From: Verrucomicrobiales bacterium
Lineage (GTDB): Bacteria > Verrucomicrobiota > Verrucomicrobiia > Limisphaerales > UBA1100
Reading direction: 5' to 3'
NCBI GenBank assembly: GCA_038145765.1
Contig: JAYQQG010000002.1
Coordinates: forward strand, 8,449-72,448
DNA length: 64,000 bases
In this document: positions 18,749 to 28,198 of the stretch, piece by piece
Layout of the letters: every line of letters begins with the position of its first letter
Numbering within the stretch: position 1 is the stretch's first letter
Made by a program: the position numbers and the translations under genes
Notes under the pieces: model-generated
Seen by the model: only the letters and a program-made list of their open reading frames with translations
The model's database searches: none
What the model was told of the DNA's origin: nothing

Positions 18749-19484
18749 GTGGGGGTTGCTCTCAGTGGGGTTGGCCGCTGCCGGACTGGCGCAGGAACAA
18801 CCTGCCTCTGGGCCGATCCAATTGCCCAATACCGATGCGTTGTACCAGCAATTGCTGCGGGCCAATGTCGACGGCATCGGCAAGTTTTATTTGGGCCGGC
18901 AAATCTCCCACGTGATGGGGCATCAAGGCGCCGAATGGCTCGAGCGCCCCGAACGCGAGCGCGAGGAAAACACCACCGAGCTCATCAAGTGCCTCAAGCT
19001 CAAGGCCGGCGATCAAGTGGCCGATATCGGCGTGGGCACCGGCTACATCGCCCGCCGCATGGCCAAAATCATCGGCCCGGAAGGCACCGTGCACGGCGTG
19101 GATATTCAGCCGGAGATGCTCAAGCTGCTCGAGAAAAACATGAAAAAGCTCGGGCTCAACAACGTGAAAGGCGTCCGCGGCACCATCACCGATCCCAAGC
19201 TCAAGCCCAACTCGCTCGATCTTGTGATCATGGTCGATGTCTATCACGAGTTTTCCCATCCGTACGAAATGATGGCCGGCATCGTGAAGGCCCTCAAACC
19301 CGGCGGCCGCGTGGCCTTTGTGGAATACCGCGCCGAGGATCCCAAGGTGCCCATCAAGCGTCTCCACAAAATGAGCGAGGCCCAGGTCAAAAAAGAAGCC
19401 AGCCTATTCCAGCTCAAGCACATTGAGACTTACAAAAAACTCCCGTGGCAGCACGTGGTGTTTTTTGAAAAGGTGAGACACTGA
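18732..19484 (+). CDS. Class I SAM-dependent methyltransferase with an N-terminal signal peptide
   Basis: Motif I is VADIGVGTGYIARRMA, with VHGVDIQPEM and a post-motif LKPGGRVAFVEY. The N-terminus MTMIFRWGLLSVGLAAAGLAQEQ looks like an export signal. The start is ambiguous between GTG 18723, ATG 18732 and ATG 18738. Confidence 0.8.
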   Translation: MTMIFRWGLLSVGLAAAGLAQEQPASGPIQLPNTDALYQQLLRANVDGIGKFYLGRQISHVMGHQGAEWLERPEREREENTTELIKCLKLKAGDQVADIGVGTGYIARRMAKIIGPEGTVHGVDIQPEMLKLLEKNMKKLGLNNVKGVRGTITDPKLKPNSLDLVIMVDVYHEFSHPYEMMAGIVKALKPGGRVAFVEYRAEDPKVPIKRLHKMSEAQVKKEASLFQLKHIETYKKLPWQHVVFFEKVRH

Positions 19485-19538
19485 TTTCACGGATGAACAC
19501 GGATTTATTCATCTGTGAAAATCAGTGAAATCCGTGTC
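19482..19538. repeat. Cluster of short direct and inverted repeats (CACGGAT / ATCCGTG and TGATTTCAC / GTGAAATCA) forming alternative hairpins
   Basis: The sequence is TGATTTCACGGATGAACACGGATTTATTCATCTGTGAAAATCAGTGAAATCCGTG. CACGGATGAA (19488-97) pairs with TTCATCTGTG (19508-17) with one G-U pair. CACGGATTT (19498-506) pairs with AAATCCGTG (19528-36). GATTTCAC (19483-90) pairs with GTGAAATC (19525-32). The cluster lies between the methyltransferase stop and the DksA-like start. Confidence 0.7.
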
Positions 19539-19543
19539 AAAAA

Positions 19544-19873
19544 ATGTCCCCCGAACGCCAAACATATTTCCGCGCACAACTGCTCGCGCTGGAAACAGAA
19601 ATCCAATCCGACCTCGCCGCCAGCAAGGACGCCGCCGGTGTGGTGGAGGTGGATACGGCCATCGGCCGGCTTTCGCGCATGGACGCGATGCAGGATCAGC
19701 AAATGGCCCTCGAATTGCGCCGCCGCCAGGAGCAACAACTTCAACGGATCGCCAATGCACTCAAGCGCATGGATCAAGGACGCTACGGACTGTGCGGTAA
19801 ATGCAAACAACCCATCGCCGAAGAACGCCTCGAATTGGCACCGGATGTGGTGATGTGCGTGCAGTGCGCGTAA
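19544..19873 (+). CDS. TraR/DksA family C4-type zinc-finger protein
   Basis: 109 aa. It has a coiled-coil N-terminus and a C-terminal CGKC(x17)CVQC zinc finger. RLSRMDAMQ is typical of the family. Confidence 0.8.
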   Translation: MSPERQTYFRAQLLALETEIQSDLAASKDAAGVVEVDTAIGRLSRMDAMQDQQMALELRRRQEQQLQRIANALKRMDQGRYGLCGKCKQPIAEERLELAPDVVMCVQCA

Positions 19874-19945
19874 TGGGAGGGGCGAGTTCCACCGCGCCCC
19901 AAAAATTAGATGAAACTCAGCGTCTCTGCGGCTCTGCGTGATATT

Positions 19946-19973
19946 AAAAAAGGGACGAGGTGGAACTCGTCCC
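19946..19973 (-). terminator. Rho-independent terminator of eno
   Basis: On the minus strand it reads GGGACGAG-TTCCAC-CTCGTCCC followed by TTTTTT. That is an 8-bp GC-rich stem at 19952-59/19966-73, a 6-nt loop, and the A6 run at 19946-51 on the plus strand. It sits 23 nt downstream of the eno stop. Confidence 0.8.
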
Positions 19974-19995
19974 TCCCGGAATTGTTTTCGGTAAA

Positions 19996-21315
<1,320 letters not shown>

Positions 21316-21331
21316 TCAAGGCGGGAGGTGT

Positions 21332-21628
21332 TTAGATGTAGACGTTCAGGCCGGATTTAAAGGGGCCCACTCCCGCATTAACTTGATGCTGGGCGTAGAC
21401 CAATACTGGATTGCCACGATCGACAAACGGTCGCAACCCAAGCACGGCATTATGCGTGCCGGGCTGAGGTTTGGCCGTGTTTACATGATAGTAACCGTAG
21501 CGTTGATCCATGATCGAAGGCACTGCCTGCGCACTCGTGCTGCCTGGAAAACGCAAGGAGCGATAGGACATCATGCGAAAGCTATGCGAGCTTCCGAGTC
21601 CGCCAGTGATCGTTTGCAGGGAGGTCAT
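21332..21628 (-). CDS. Hypothetical 98-aa protein (weak call)
   Basis: It is the only sizeable ORF in the 380-nt gap between the symporter and eno. It is on the same strand as both and ends 61 nt upstream of eno. Third codon positions look GC-biased, like neighbouring genes. I recognised no motif. Confidence 0.3.
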   Translation of the reverse strand: MTSLQTITGGLGSSHSFRMMSYRSLRFPGSTSAQAVPSIMDQRYGYYHVNTAKPQPGTHNAVLGLRPFVDRGNPVLVYAQHQVNAGVGPFKSGLNVYI

Positions 21629-21650
21629 TCAATTGAATTTGAGGCCTGCC

Positions 21651-22955
21651 TCAGGCACTCGGAGCCGGGGGGGGATCCAGTTGTTTCTCCGAGGCGGCAA
21701 TGACGGCCGTCACCGCCGCATCTCCCGTAACGTTCACCGTGGTGCGGCACATGTCAAGGATGCGGTCCACGCCCAGAATCAGAGCGATGCCGGAGGCCGG
21801 GACGTTGATGGCTTCCAGGATAATGATCAGCATCACAATACCGGCGCCGGGGACGGCTGCGGTGCCCACTGAGGCGAGGACCGCGGTCAATACGATCGTC
21901 ACTTGGGCGTCTGTACTCAGGTCGATGCCGCTGGCTTGGGCAATAAACACCGCGGCTACGGCCTGATAAAGTGCCGTGCCGTCCATGTTGATTGTAGCGC
22001 CGAGTGGAAGCACGAAAGAGGAAACTTCTTTCGACACGCCCAATCGTTCCTGGGCGCATTTCATGGTGACCGGGAGGGTGGCGCCGCTGCTGCTGGTGGA
22101 AAAGGCCAGTAACTGCGCTTGACCGATGCCGCGAAGAAACTGGCCGAGACTCAGCGGGGTGATCAGTTTAAGGAGGCCCATGTAGACCACGCTGGCGTGG
22201 ATTAACAGGCCGATGATCACGGCCGCGCAATACCAGCCCAGCGAACCGAGTAGAGAAAGTATTTGCGCAGGATTATCTCCAGCCATGGAGGTGATGGTAT
22301 TGGCGATCAGGGCGAAGACGCCCACCGGCGCGAACAGCATGATGAGAAACGTGATTTTAATGACCAGTTCCTGAAGACCGCTGATGACTTCGAAGACGGG
22401 TTTGCGTTTTGGCTCGGCAATTTGGACAAGGGCGATGCCGGCGAGGAGACTAAAAAAAACCACCTGCAACATGTTGCGGTTGTTGCCCGCAGCCTCGAGG
22501 ATGTTGTCCGGCACCATATCCACCAGTGGTTGCAGCGGGCCGCGGGCTTTGGCTGTTTCGGCCACGTTTTGCCGTTTTGCAACGTCTTCCTGATATTGCT
22601 GCTCCAGCTTGGCCTGTGTTGCTTCGGGTAACCGGTCTCCGGGTTGGATGGTGTTAACGACCAGCAGACCGATGGTGACGGCTACAGCTGTGGTGGCCAG
22701 GTAGAGCCCGATGGTTTTGCCACCCATACGAGAGAGTTTTTTAAAATCGGACAAGGAAGCCACTCCGCAAATCAGAGAAGTCACCACCAAGGGCATGGCG
22801 ATCAGCTTCAGGAGATTCAGAAAGATCGTGCCGAACGGTGTGATCCAGTTCGTGGTGAAATCAGTCCAGCCGTTGTGGGCGGCCAATAATCCGTATCCGG
22901 TACCAAAGGTCATGCCGAGAAGGATTTGCCAGTGCAACTGCTTGTACCACGCCAT
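21651..22955 (-). CDS. Dicarboxylate/amino acid:cation symporter (DAACS / GltP-SstT family)
   Basis: ORF 21651..23243 is trimmed to the Met at 22955 (MAWYKQLHWQILLGMTFGTGYG). The longer form would overlap hom and its promoter region. Family strings are FLNLLKLIAMPLVVTSL, STSSSGATLPVTM and VDRILDMCRTTVNVTGDA. Confidence 0.88.
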   Translation of the reverse strand: MAWYKQLHWQILLGMTFGTGYGLLAAHNGWTDFTTNWITPFGTIFLNLLKLIAMPLVVTSLICGVASLSDFKKLSRMGGKTIGLYLATTAVAVTIGLLVVNTIQPGDRLPEATQAKLEQQYQEDVAKRQNVAETAKARGPLQPLVDMVPDNILEAAGNNRNMLQVVFFSLLAGIALVQIAEPKRKPVFEVISGLQELVIKITFLIMLFAPVGVFALIANTITSMAGDNPAQILSLLGSLGWYCAAVIIGLLIHASVVYMGLLKLITPLSLGQFLRGIGQAQLLAFSTSSSGATLPVTMKCAQERLGVSKEVSSFVLPLGATINMDGTALYQAVAAVFIAQASGIDLSTDAQVTIVLTAVLASVGTAAVPGAGIVMLIIILEAINVPASGIALILGVDRILDMCRTTVNVTGDAAVTAVIAASEKQLDPPPAPSA

Positions 22956-23045
22956 GTGGTGGGAGTATGCGGGTGGGTGTGTCTGCAAAAAAGGGCAAAA
23001 ATCTTGTGTGGAAGGCAATTTATCGGCATAGTCCCGCCCCTTTTT

Positions 23046-24347
23046 ATGACGCGAACCGTAAATATAGGCCTGATTGGCGCCGGCACTGTGGGGGGTGGGG
23101 TGCTGCGAGCCTTGAAGCGTAACGGGGCCTTGATGGCCTCGCGGCTGGGCGTGCGTCTGCGTGTCACGCGCGTAGCGGTTCGCAGTCTGCGTAAATCGCG
23201 CGATTTCAAGATGCCGGCCAATGCGTTGACCACGGACTGGCATGCGGTGGTTGAGGATCCCAAGGTGGATCTGGTGGTGGAATTAATCGGCGGCACCACG
23301 ACGGCCAAGGATGTGGTCTTAGCGGCGTTGCGCGCTGGGAAATCCGTGGTGACCGCCAATAAGGCGTTGCTGGCATTTCATGGCGAGAAACTATTTGCCG
23401 CCGCAGAGAAATCCGGGGCCAATTTATATTACGAAGCCAGCGTGGCGGGCGGCGTGCCGATCATCAAGGTGATCCGCGAAGCGCTGGTGGGCAACCGCGT
23501 GACGCATTTGTACGGAATCCTGAATGGCACCTGCAATTTCATCCTCACCAAGATGAATGACGGCATGGAGTTTGAGGCGGCCGTCAAGCTGGCTCAACAG
23601 CAGGGGTATGCGGAGGCCGATCCCACTCTGGATGTGGGCGGTCACGATGCGGCGCACAAGGTGGGAATCCTTGCCTCGTTGGCCCACGGGTTTTGGGTGA
23701 AGCCGAAGCAGGTCTACACCGAAGGGATCGAGCACGTCGCCCCACTGGATCTGGAGTTTGCCGATTCGCTGGGGTATGCCATTAAGCTGCTGGGCATCGT
23801 GAAAACCTCGAAATCCGGTCCTGTCCAAGTGAGCATGTATCCGGCGTTGATTCCGGATGATCACGTGTTGGCCAACGTGAGCGATGTGTACAACGGCATT
23901 CTTGTGCGCGGCGACGTGGTGGGCGACACGTTGCATTACGGCCAGGGCGCCGGGCGGGATGCTACGGCCAGCGCGGTGTTGAGCGATATCGGCGATGCGG
24001 TGTTGGATTTGAAACACGGTTCCACCGAACGGCTTAAGGCCTTCATCCCGCACGAGTCCAACGGCGCCGTGCGGCCGATTGAAGAGACCACCACGTGTTA
24101 TTACCTGCGCCTGTCCGTGCTGGATCGGCCGGGCACTTTGGCGAAGGTGGCGGCGGTGTTGGCCAAGAATAAGATTGGAATTTCGTCAGTGATCCAGCCT
24201 GAAGGCCATGAGGGCAGCAGCGTGCCGTTGATCCTGATGCTGCATTACGCCAAGAACGCCTCTATGAATAATGCCCTCAAGGCAATCGGAAAACTGAGCG
24301 CGGTCAAGGCCAAGCCGGTGATGATCCGGGTGGAGAATTTCGCATGA
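23046..24347 (+). CDS. hom: Homoserine dehydrogenase
   Basis: Trimmed to MTRTVNIGLIGAGTVGGGV (the NAD-binding motif). Other evidence is LTKMNDGMEFEAAVKLAQQQGYAEADPTLDVGGHDAAHK and a C-terminal ACT-like region. An ATGA overlap leads into thrC. Confidence 0.93.
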   Translation: MTRTVNIGLIGAGTVGGGVLRALKRNGALMASRLGVRLRVTRVAVRSLRKSRDFKMPANALTTDWHAVVEDPKVDLVVELIGGTTTAKDVVLAALRAGKSVVTANKALLAFHGEKLFAAAEKSGANLYYEASVAGGVPIIKVIREALVGNRVTHLYGILNGTCNFILTKMNDGMEFEAAVKLAQQQGYAEADPTLDVGGHDAAHKVGILASLAHGFWVKPKQVYTEGIEHVAPLDLEFADSLGYAIKLLGIVKTSKSGPVQVSMYPALIPDDHVLANVSDVYNGILVRGDVVGDTLHYGQGAGRDATASAVLSDIGDAVLDLKHGSTERLKAFIPHESNGAVRPIEETTTCYYLRLSVLDRPGTLAKVAAVLAKNKIGISSVIQPEGHEGSSVPLILMLHYAKNASMNNALKAIGKLSAVKAKPVMIRVENFA

Positions 24348-25426
24348 GCAAAGGGGTGCAAAATACAGCTGGTTGGCGCGGAGTGATTGATGCCTATCGC
24401 GCGCATTTGCCAGTCAATGAAACGACCCCGGTGGTAACGTTGTTGGAAGGCAATACGCCGCTGGTGCGCGTCCCTAATTTTGTGGAGGCCATCGGCGGTG
24501 AATTCGATTTGTACCTCAAATACGAAGGCCTAAACCCAACCTGTTCGTTCAAGGACCGTGGCATGACCCTTGCGGTATCCAAGGCGGCCGAGCGCGGGGC
24601 CGAGGTGGTGGTGTGTGCCAGTACCGGCAATACCTCGGCCGCCGCGGCGGCGTATGCGGCGCGGGCCGGCATGAAATGTGCTGTGCTGATTCCCGAAGGC
24701 AACATTGCCTTGGGCAAGCTGGCGCAATCGCTTATGTACGGTGCACAAACGCTGCAGGTACAGGGCAATTTTGATCAGGCCTTCGAGATCGTGCGTGAGT
24801 TGGGTGAAACCGGCGCGGTGGAGGTGGTGAACAGCATCAATCCCGTCCGCATTGAAGGCCAAAAGACGGCGGCATTTGAGATCTGTGACGCCCTGGGCGA
24901 TGCACCGGATTTCCATTTCCTCCCGGTAGGCAATGCCGGAAACATCACGGCCTATTGGAAAGGCTTTCAGCAATACCACGAGGCCGGCCGGTGCGATACG
25001 CTGCCGCACATGATGGGCTTTCAGGCGGCCGGCGCGGCACCGATTGTGAATGACGCCGTGGTGGAAACGCCCGAGACGGTGGCCAGCGCGATTCGGATCG
25101 GTAATCCCGCCAGTTGGCAGGCTGCCAAGGCGGCTGTTCAGTTTTCCGGCGGACGCATCGAAAGTGTGACCGATGAAGAAATCCTCGTTGCCTATCAGTT
25201 AATGGCAGCCAAGGAAGGGATTTTCGTGGAGCCAGCCTCGTCGGCGGCGCTGGCGGGCTTGATCAAGATGGTCCAAGCCAACCGTATTGAAACCGGTAGC
25301 ATTGTGACCGCTACCATGACCGGCCACGGTCTGAAGGATCCGGACACCGCCGTGGCCAACGCCAACGTGGAAGCCACCACCGTGGAACCGAACACGGACG
25401 CCGTGAAGGCGGCGATGGGACTGTAG
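24344..25426 (+). CDS. thrC: Threonine synthase
   Basis: 360 aa. The PLP-lysine motif is NPTCSFKDRGM, together with ASTGNTSAAAAAYAA and PVGNAGNITAYWKG. Confidence 0.93.
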   Translation: MSKGVQNTAGWRGVIDAYRAHLPVNETTPVVTLLEGNTPLVRVPNFVEAIGGEFDLYLKYEGLNPTCSFKDRGMTLAVSKAAERGAEVVVCASTGNTSAAAAAYAARAGMKCAVLIPEGNIALGKLAQSLMYGAQTLQVQGNFDQAFEIVRELGETGAVEVVNSINPVRIEGQKTAAFEICDALGDAPDFHFLPVGNAGNITAYWKGFQQYHEAGRCDTLPHMMGFQAAGAAPIVNDAVVETPETVASAIRIGNPASWQAAKAAVQFSGGRIESVTDEEILVAYQLMAAKEGIFVEPASSAALAGLIKMVQANRIETGSIVTATMTGHGLKDPDTAVANANVEATTVEPNTDAVKAAMGL

Positions 25427-25429
25427 ATC

Positions 25430-26656
25430 ATGGCCTTGATCGTCCAGAAATATGGCGGCTCGTCCGTCAAGGACATTGACCGCATTAAGAACGTGGCCAA
25501 TCGAGTCGCGGAATATCGGCGGCAGGGGGATCAGGTGGTGGTCGTGGTATCCGCCATGGGCGGGGTGACGGATAATCTCATTCGCCTGTCGCGCGAGATC
25601 AACGAGCTGCCGAGCGAACGCGAGATGGATATGCTGTTGGCCACGGGCGAGCAGACAACCATTGCTTTGCTGGCGATGGCGCTGCATTCGCTGGATCTCG
25701 AGGCGGTGTCGCTTACCGGCGCGCAGGCGGGCATCGTGACCGATGGCGTGCATACCAAGGCCAAGATCAAAAATATTTCGCCCCAACAGGTGCACACGAT
25801 GCTGGATGAGGGCAACGTGGTGATCGTGGCCGGTTTTCAGGGAATGACGCCGGATGGGCGGATCACGACGCTGGGCCGCGGTGGATCGGATTTGACGGCG
25901 ATCGCGTTGGCCTCGGCACTGGATGCCGATTTGTGCCAGATTTATACCGATGTGGACGGCGTCTACACCACCGACCCGCGCGTGGTGCCGAGCGCGCGCA
26001 AGTTGGAGGAGATTTCGTATGACGAGATGCTGGAGCTCGCCAGCCTCGGCGCGAGGGTGATGCAAAGCCGCTCTGTGGAGTTTGCCAAAAAGTTTAACGT
26101 GAAATTTGAAGTGCGCTCGAGCCTGAACACCAACCCGGGAACCATTGTGAAGGAAGAAACTGCAAGCATGGAGGACGTCGTCGTGCGCGGCGTGTCGCTG
26201 GACAAGAACCAGGCCAAGGTCACCCTGGTGGGCGTGCCGGATACGCCGGGCACGGCGTCGCGCATCTTCAGCGCGCTGGCCGCCGCCGCCATCAACGTGG
26301 ATATGATCGTGCAAAACATCAGCCACGGCTCCGCCACGCCGGCGACGGATCTTTCGTTTACCACCGACAAACCGGACCTGCCCAAGGCGCTCAAGGTGAT
26401 TGACGAGCTGCATCAGGAAATTGAATTCGGCGAAGTAATCGCCGATCAGGATATTTCAAAAGTATCCGTGGTCGGCGTGGGCATGCGCAGCCACTCGGGC
26501 ATCGCGGCGAAGGTGTTCGAAACACTCGGCCAGGGCGGCATCAATATCGAGATGATCTCCACCAGCGAGATCAAAATCTCCGTGGTCGTGGAGGCGGACA
26601 AAGGTGAGACCGCCACGCAACAACTGCACGACGCCTTTTTTCCGGCGGATAATTGA
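25430..26656 (+). CDS. lysC: Aspartate kinase
   Basis: 408 aa. Strings are IVQKYGGSSV, VVVVSAMGGVTD, LGRGGSDLTA and IYTDVDGVYTTDPR. It has two C-terminal ACT domains. Confidence 0.95.
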   Translation: MALIVQKYGGSSVKDIDRIKNVANRVAEYRRQGDQVVVVVSAMGGVTDNLIRLSREINELPSEREMDMLLATGEQTTIALLAMALHSLDLEAVSLTGAQAGIVTDGVHTKAKIKNISPQQVHTMLDEGNVVIVAGFQGMTPDGRITTLGRGGSDLTAIALASALDADLCQIYTDVDGVYTTDPRVVPSARKLEEISYDEMLELASLGARVMQSRSVEFAKKFNVKFEVRSSLNTNPGTIVKEETASMEDVVVRGVSLDKNQAKVTLVGVPDTPGTASRIFSALAAAAINVDMIVQNISHGSATPATDLSFTTDKPDLPKALKVIDELHQEIEFGEVIADQDISKVSVVGVGMRSHSGIAAKVFETLGQGGINIEMISTSEIKISVVVEADKGETATQQLHDAFFPADN

Positions 26657-26661
26657 CGGCC

Positions 26662-27711
26662 ATGAGCGGGCCTATCAGCCAGTTTATTGCGCGGCATTAC
26701 CGGCACTTTAATGCCGCCACGCTGGTGGACGCGGCCGAGGCCTACAATGCGCAGTTGGCCAATGGCGGCCAAATGATGGTCACCCTCGCCGGCGCCATGA
26801 GTACGGCGGAACTGGGCTTGTCGCTGGCGGAGATGATCCGGCAGGACAAGATTCACGCCATCACCTGTACGGGCGCCAATCTCGAGGAGGATATTTTCAA
26901 TCTCGTGGCCCACGAACACTACGAGCGTGTGCCGCATTACCGTGACCTCACGCCGGCCGATGAACAGGCGCTGCTCGATCGGCATCTCAATCGCGTGACC
27001 GATACCTGCATTCCCGAGGAGGAAGCCATGCGCCGCATTGAGCACGCGGTGTTGGAGCTGTGGCAGGAGGCACAGACGAAGAGCGAACGCCATTTCCCGC
27101 ATGAGTACCTGTATTGCCTGCTCAATGAAGCGCGCGTGAAGGCGCATTACCAGATTGATCCGCAAGATTCGTGGCTCATTGCGGCGGCGGAAAAAAACCT
27201 GCCGCTCTTTGTGCCCGGCTGGGAGGATTCCACGCTCGGCAATATGTTTGTTTCCCATTGTCTAACTGGTGAAATTGAGTATGGGATAATTCGGTCGGGC
27301 ACCGAATACATGGGCGCCTTGGCCGAGTGGTACCTGCAAACCACCATGGGCCGATCCGCCGCCGAACAGGCAAGTTCATTGGCTGACACCGGCAACCTGC
27401 CCGCCAATGCCGGTCCCAGCGCGGCGCGCGGCAGTACGGTGGGTTTCTTCCAGATCGGCGGCGGCATCGCGGGCGATTTCCCGATCTGCGTGGTGCCGAT
27501 GATCCATCAGGACCTCCGCCTCGAGTGCCCGTGCTGGGCGTACTTTTGTCAGATCAGCGATTCCACCACCAGCTACGGCAGCTACTCCGGCGCCGTGCCC
27601 AACGAGAAGATTACCTGGGGCAAGCTGGAAGAGGGCACCCCAAAATTCATCATTGAAAGCGACGCCACCATCGTCGCGCCCCTCATCTTCGCTCACGTGC
27701 TGGGCTGGTAA
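26662..27711 (+). CDS. Deoxyhypusine synthase family protein (bacterial DHS/homospermidine-synthase-like)
   Basis: I placed the start at the ATG 6 nt after the lysC stop; the track ORF opens at TTG 26653. DHS-like strings are TLAGAMSTAELG, ITCTGANLEEDIF, FVPGWEDSTLGN and TSYGSYSGAVPNEKITWGK. Confidence 0.75.
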   Translation: MSGPISQFIARHYRHFNAATLVDAAEAYNAQLANGGQMMVTLAGAMSTAELGLSLAEMIRQDKIHAITCTGANLEEDIFNLVAHEHYERVPHYRDLTPADEQALLDRHLNRVTDTCIPEEEAMRRIEHAVLELWQEAQTKSERHFPHEYLYCLLNEARVKAHYQIDPQDSWLIAAAEKNLPLFVPGWEDSTLGNMFVSHCLTGEIEYGIIRSGTEYMGALAEWYLQTTMGRSAAEQASSLADTGNLPANAGPSAARGSTVGFFQIGGGIAGDFPICVVPMIHQDLRLECPCWAYFCQISDSTTSYGSYSGAVPNEKITWGKLEEGTPKFIIESDATIVAPLIFAHVLGW

Positions 27712-28197
27712 ACCACGCCCACGCCAGCACGCTCAACGCCACCACGCTGGGCCAACGCACGGCCGGCGGCGCAAAGATGATTGCGCCATTGATCACCATG
27801 AACAGCAGGAAACCATGGATCGCCCGGCTTACCCATTTGGCGCGTTGAAAATAATCATTGGGACTGAAGAACAGCCAGCCGGCGTCCAACGCCCACACAC
27901 CGAGGAAGGCATAGTTGAGCCAGATGCCCAGCGGCGCGGGCTGGCCGGTCATGGCGATGGCGCGTTCGTTGATGTGCTACACGGCCTCCGCATGGCTCCA
28001 ATCGTGCACGAAGTGAAACGCGGCGAGCATATGCCACAGGTAAAATTCGTAGCCCGCGGCCCATACCCAGCGCAGGCCGCGAAAGCGGGGTGTGGGGCCG
28101 GGGGGGTGAGCAACAGCAGGGCGTCGACAAAGTAGGTGGCCATCGCGAACCACGCCGTGCCGCGTACAGCAAGGTCGGCTCCGTTGATGGCGAGCAT
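27683..28197 (-). pseudogene. Disrupted gene for a small polytopic membrane protein (one frameshift plus one in-frame TAG)
   Basis: Three collinear pieces on the minus strand make up the gene.
- Piece 1 (MLAINGADLAVRGTAWFAMATYFVDALLLLTPP) starts at ATG 28195-97.
- Piece 2 is in another frame, after a G7/C7 homopolymer at 28100-28106, and reads GPTPRFRGLRWVWAAGYEFYLWHMLAAFHFVHDWSHAEAV.
- An in-frame TAG then follows (complement of 27977-79).
- Piece 3 is HINERAIAMTGQPAPLGIWLNYAFLGVWALDAGWLFF...VVALSVLAWAWF, which is ORF 27683..27952.

Joined, the pieces would give a membrane protein of about 170 aa. Confidence 0.6.
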
Positions 28198-28198
28198 G

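Noticed and set aside
19879-19900. The GGGGCG...CGCCCC hairpin as an intrinsic terminator for the DksA-like gene
   Set aside because: The stem is short, the loop is 10 nt, and A residues rather than a U tract follow it on the sense strand. I cannot support a terminator call on its own. It is recorded instead as part of the long-range inverted repeat.
22956-23243. A 96-residue N-terminal extension of the symporter ORF
   Set aside because: The extension is hydrophilic and low-complexity, and it overlaps the hom start and the divergent promoter region. The family-typical first helix begins at the Met at 22955.
25199-26413. A 404-aa minus-strand ORF
   Set aside because: It is antisense to thrC and lysC. 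Its Arg/His/Gly-rich composition is typical of a shadow ORF, and both plus-strand genes are unambiguous.
27977-27979. The in-frame TAG read as pyrrolysine or programmed read-through
   Set aside because: Nothing in the window hints at Pyl machinery, and the lineage is not one where Pyl is expected. The same gene also carries a frameshift. A pseudogene or a sequencing error is the simpler explanation.
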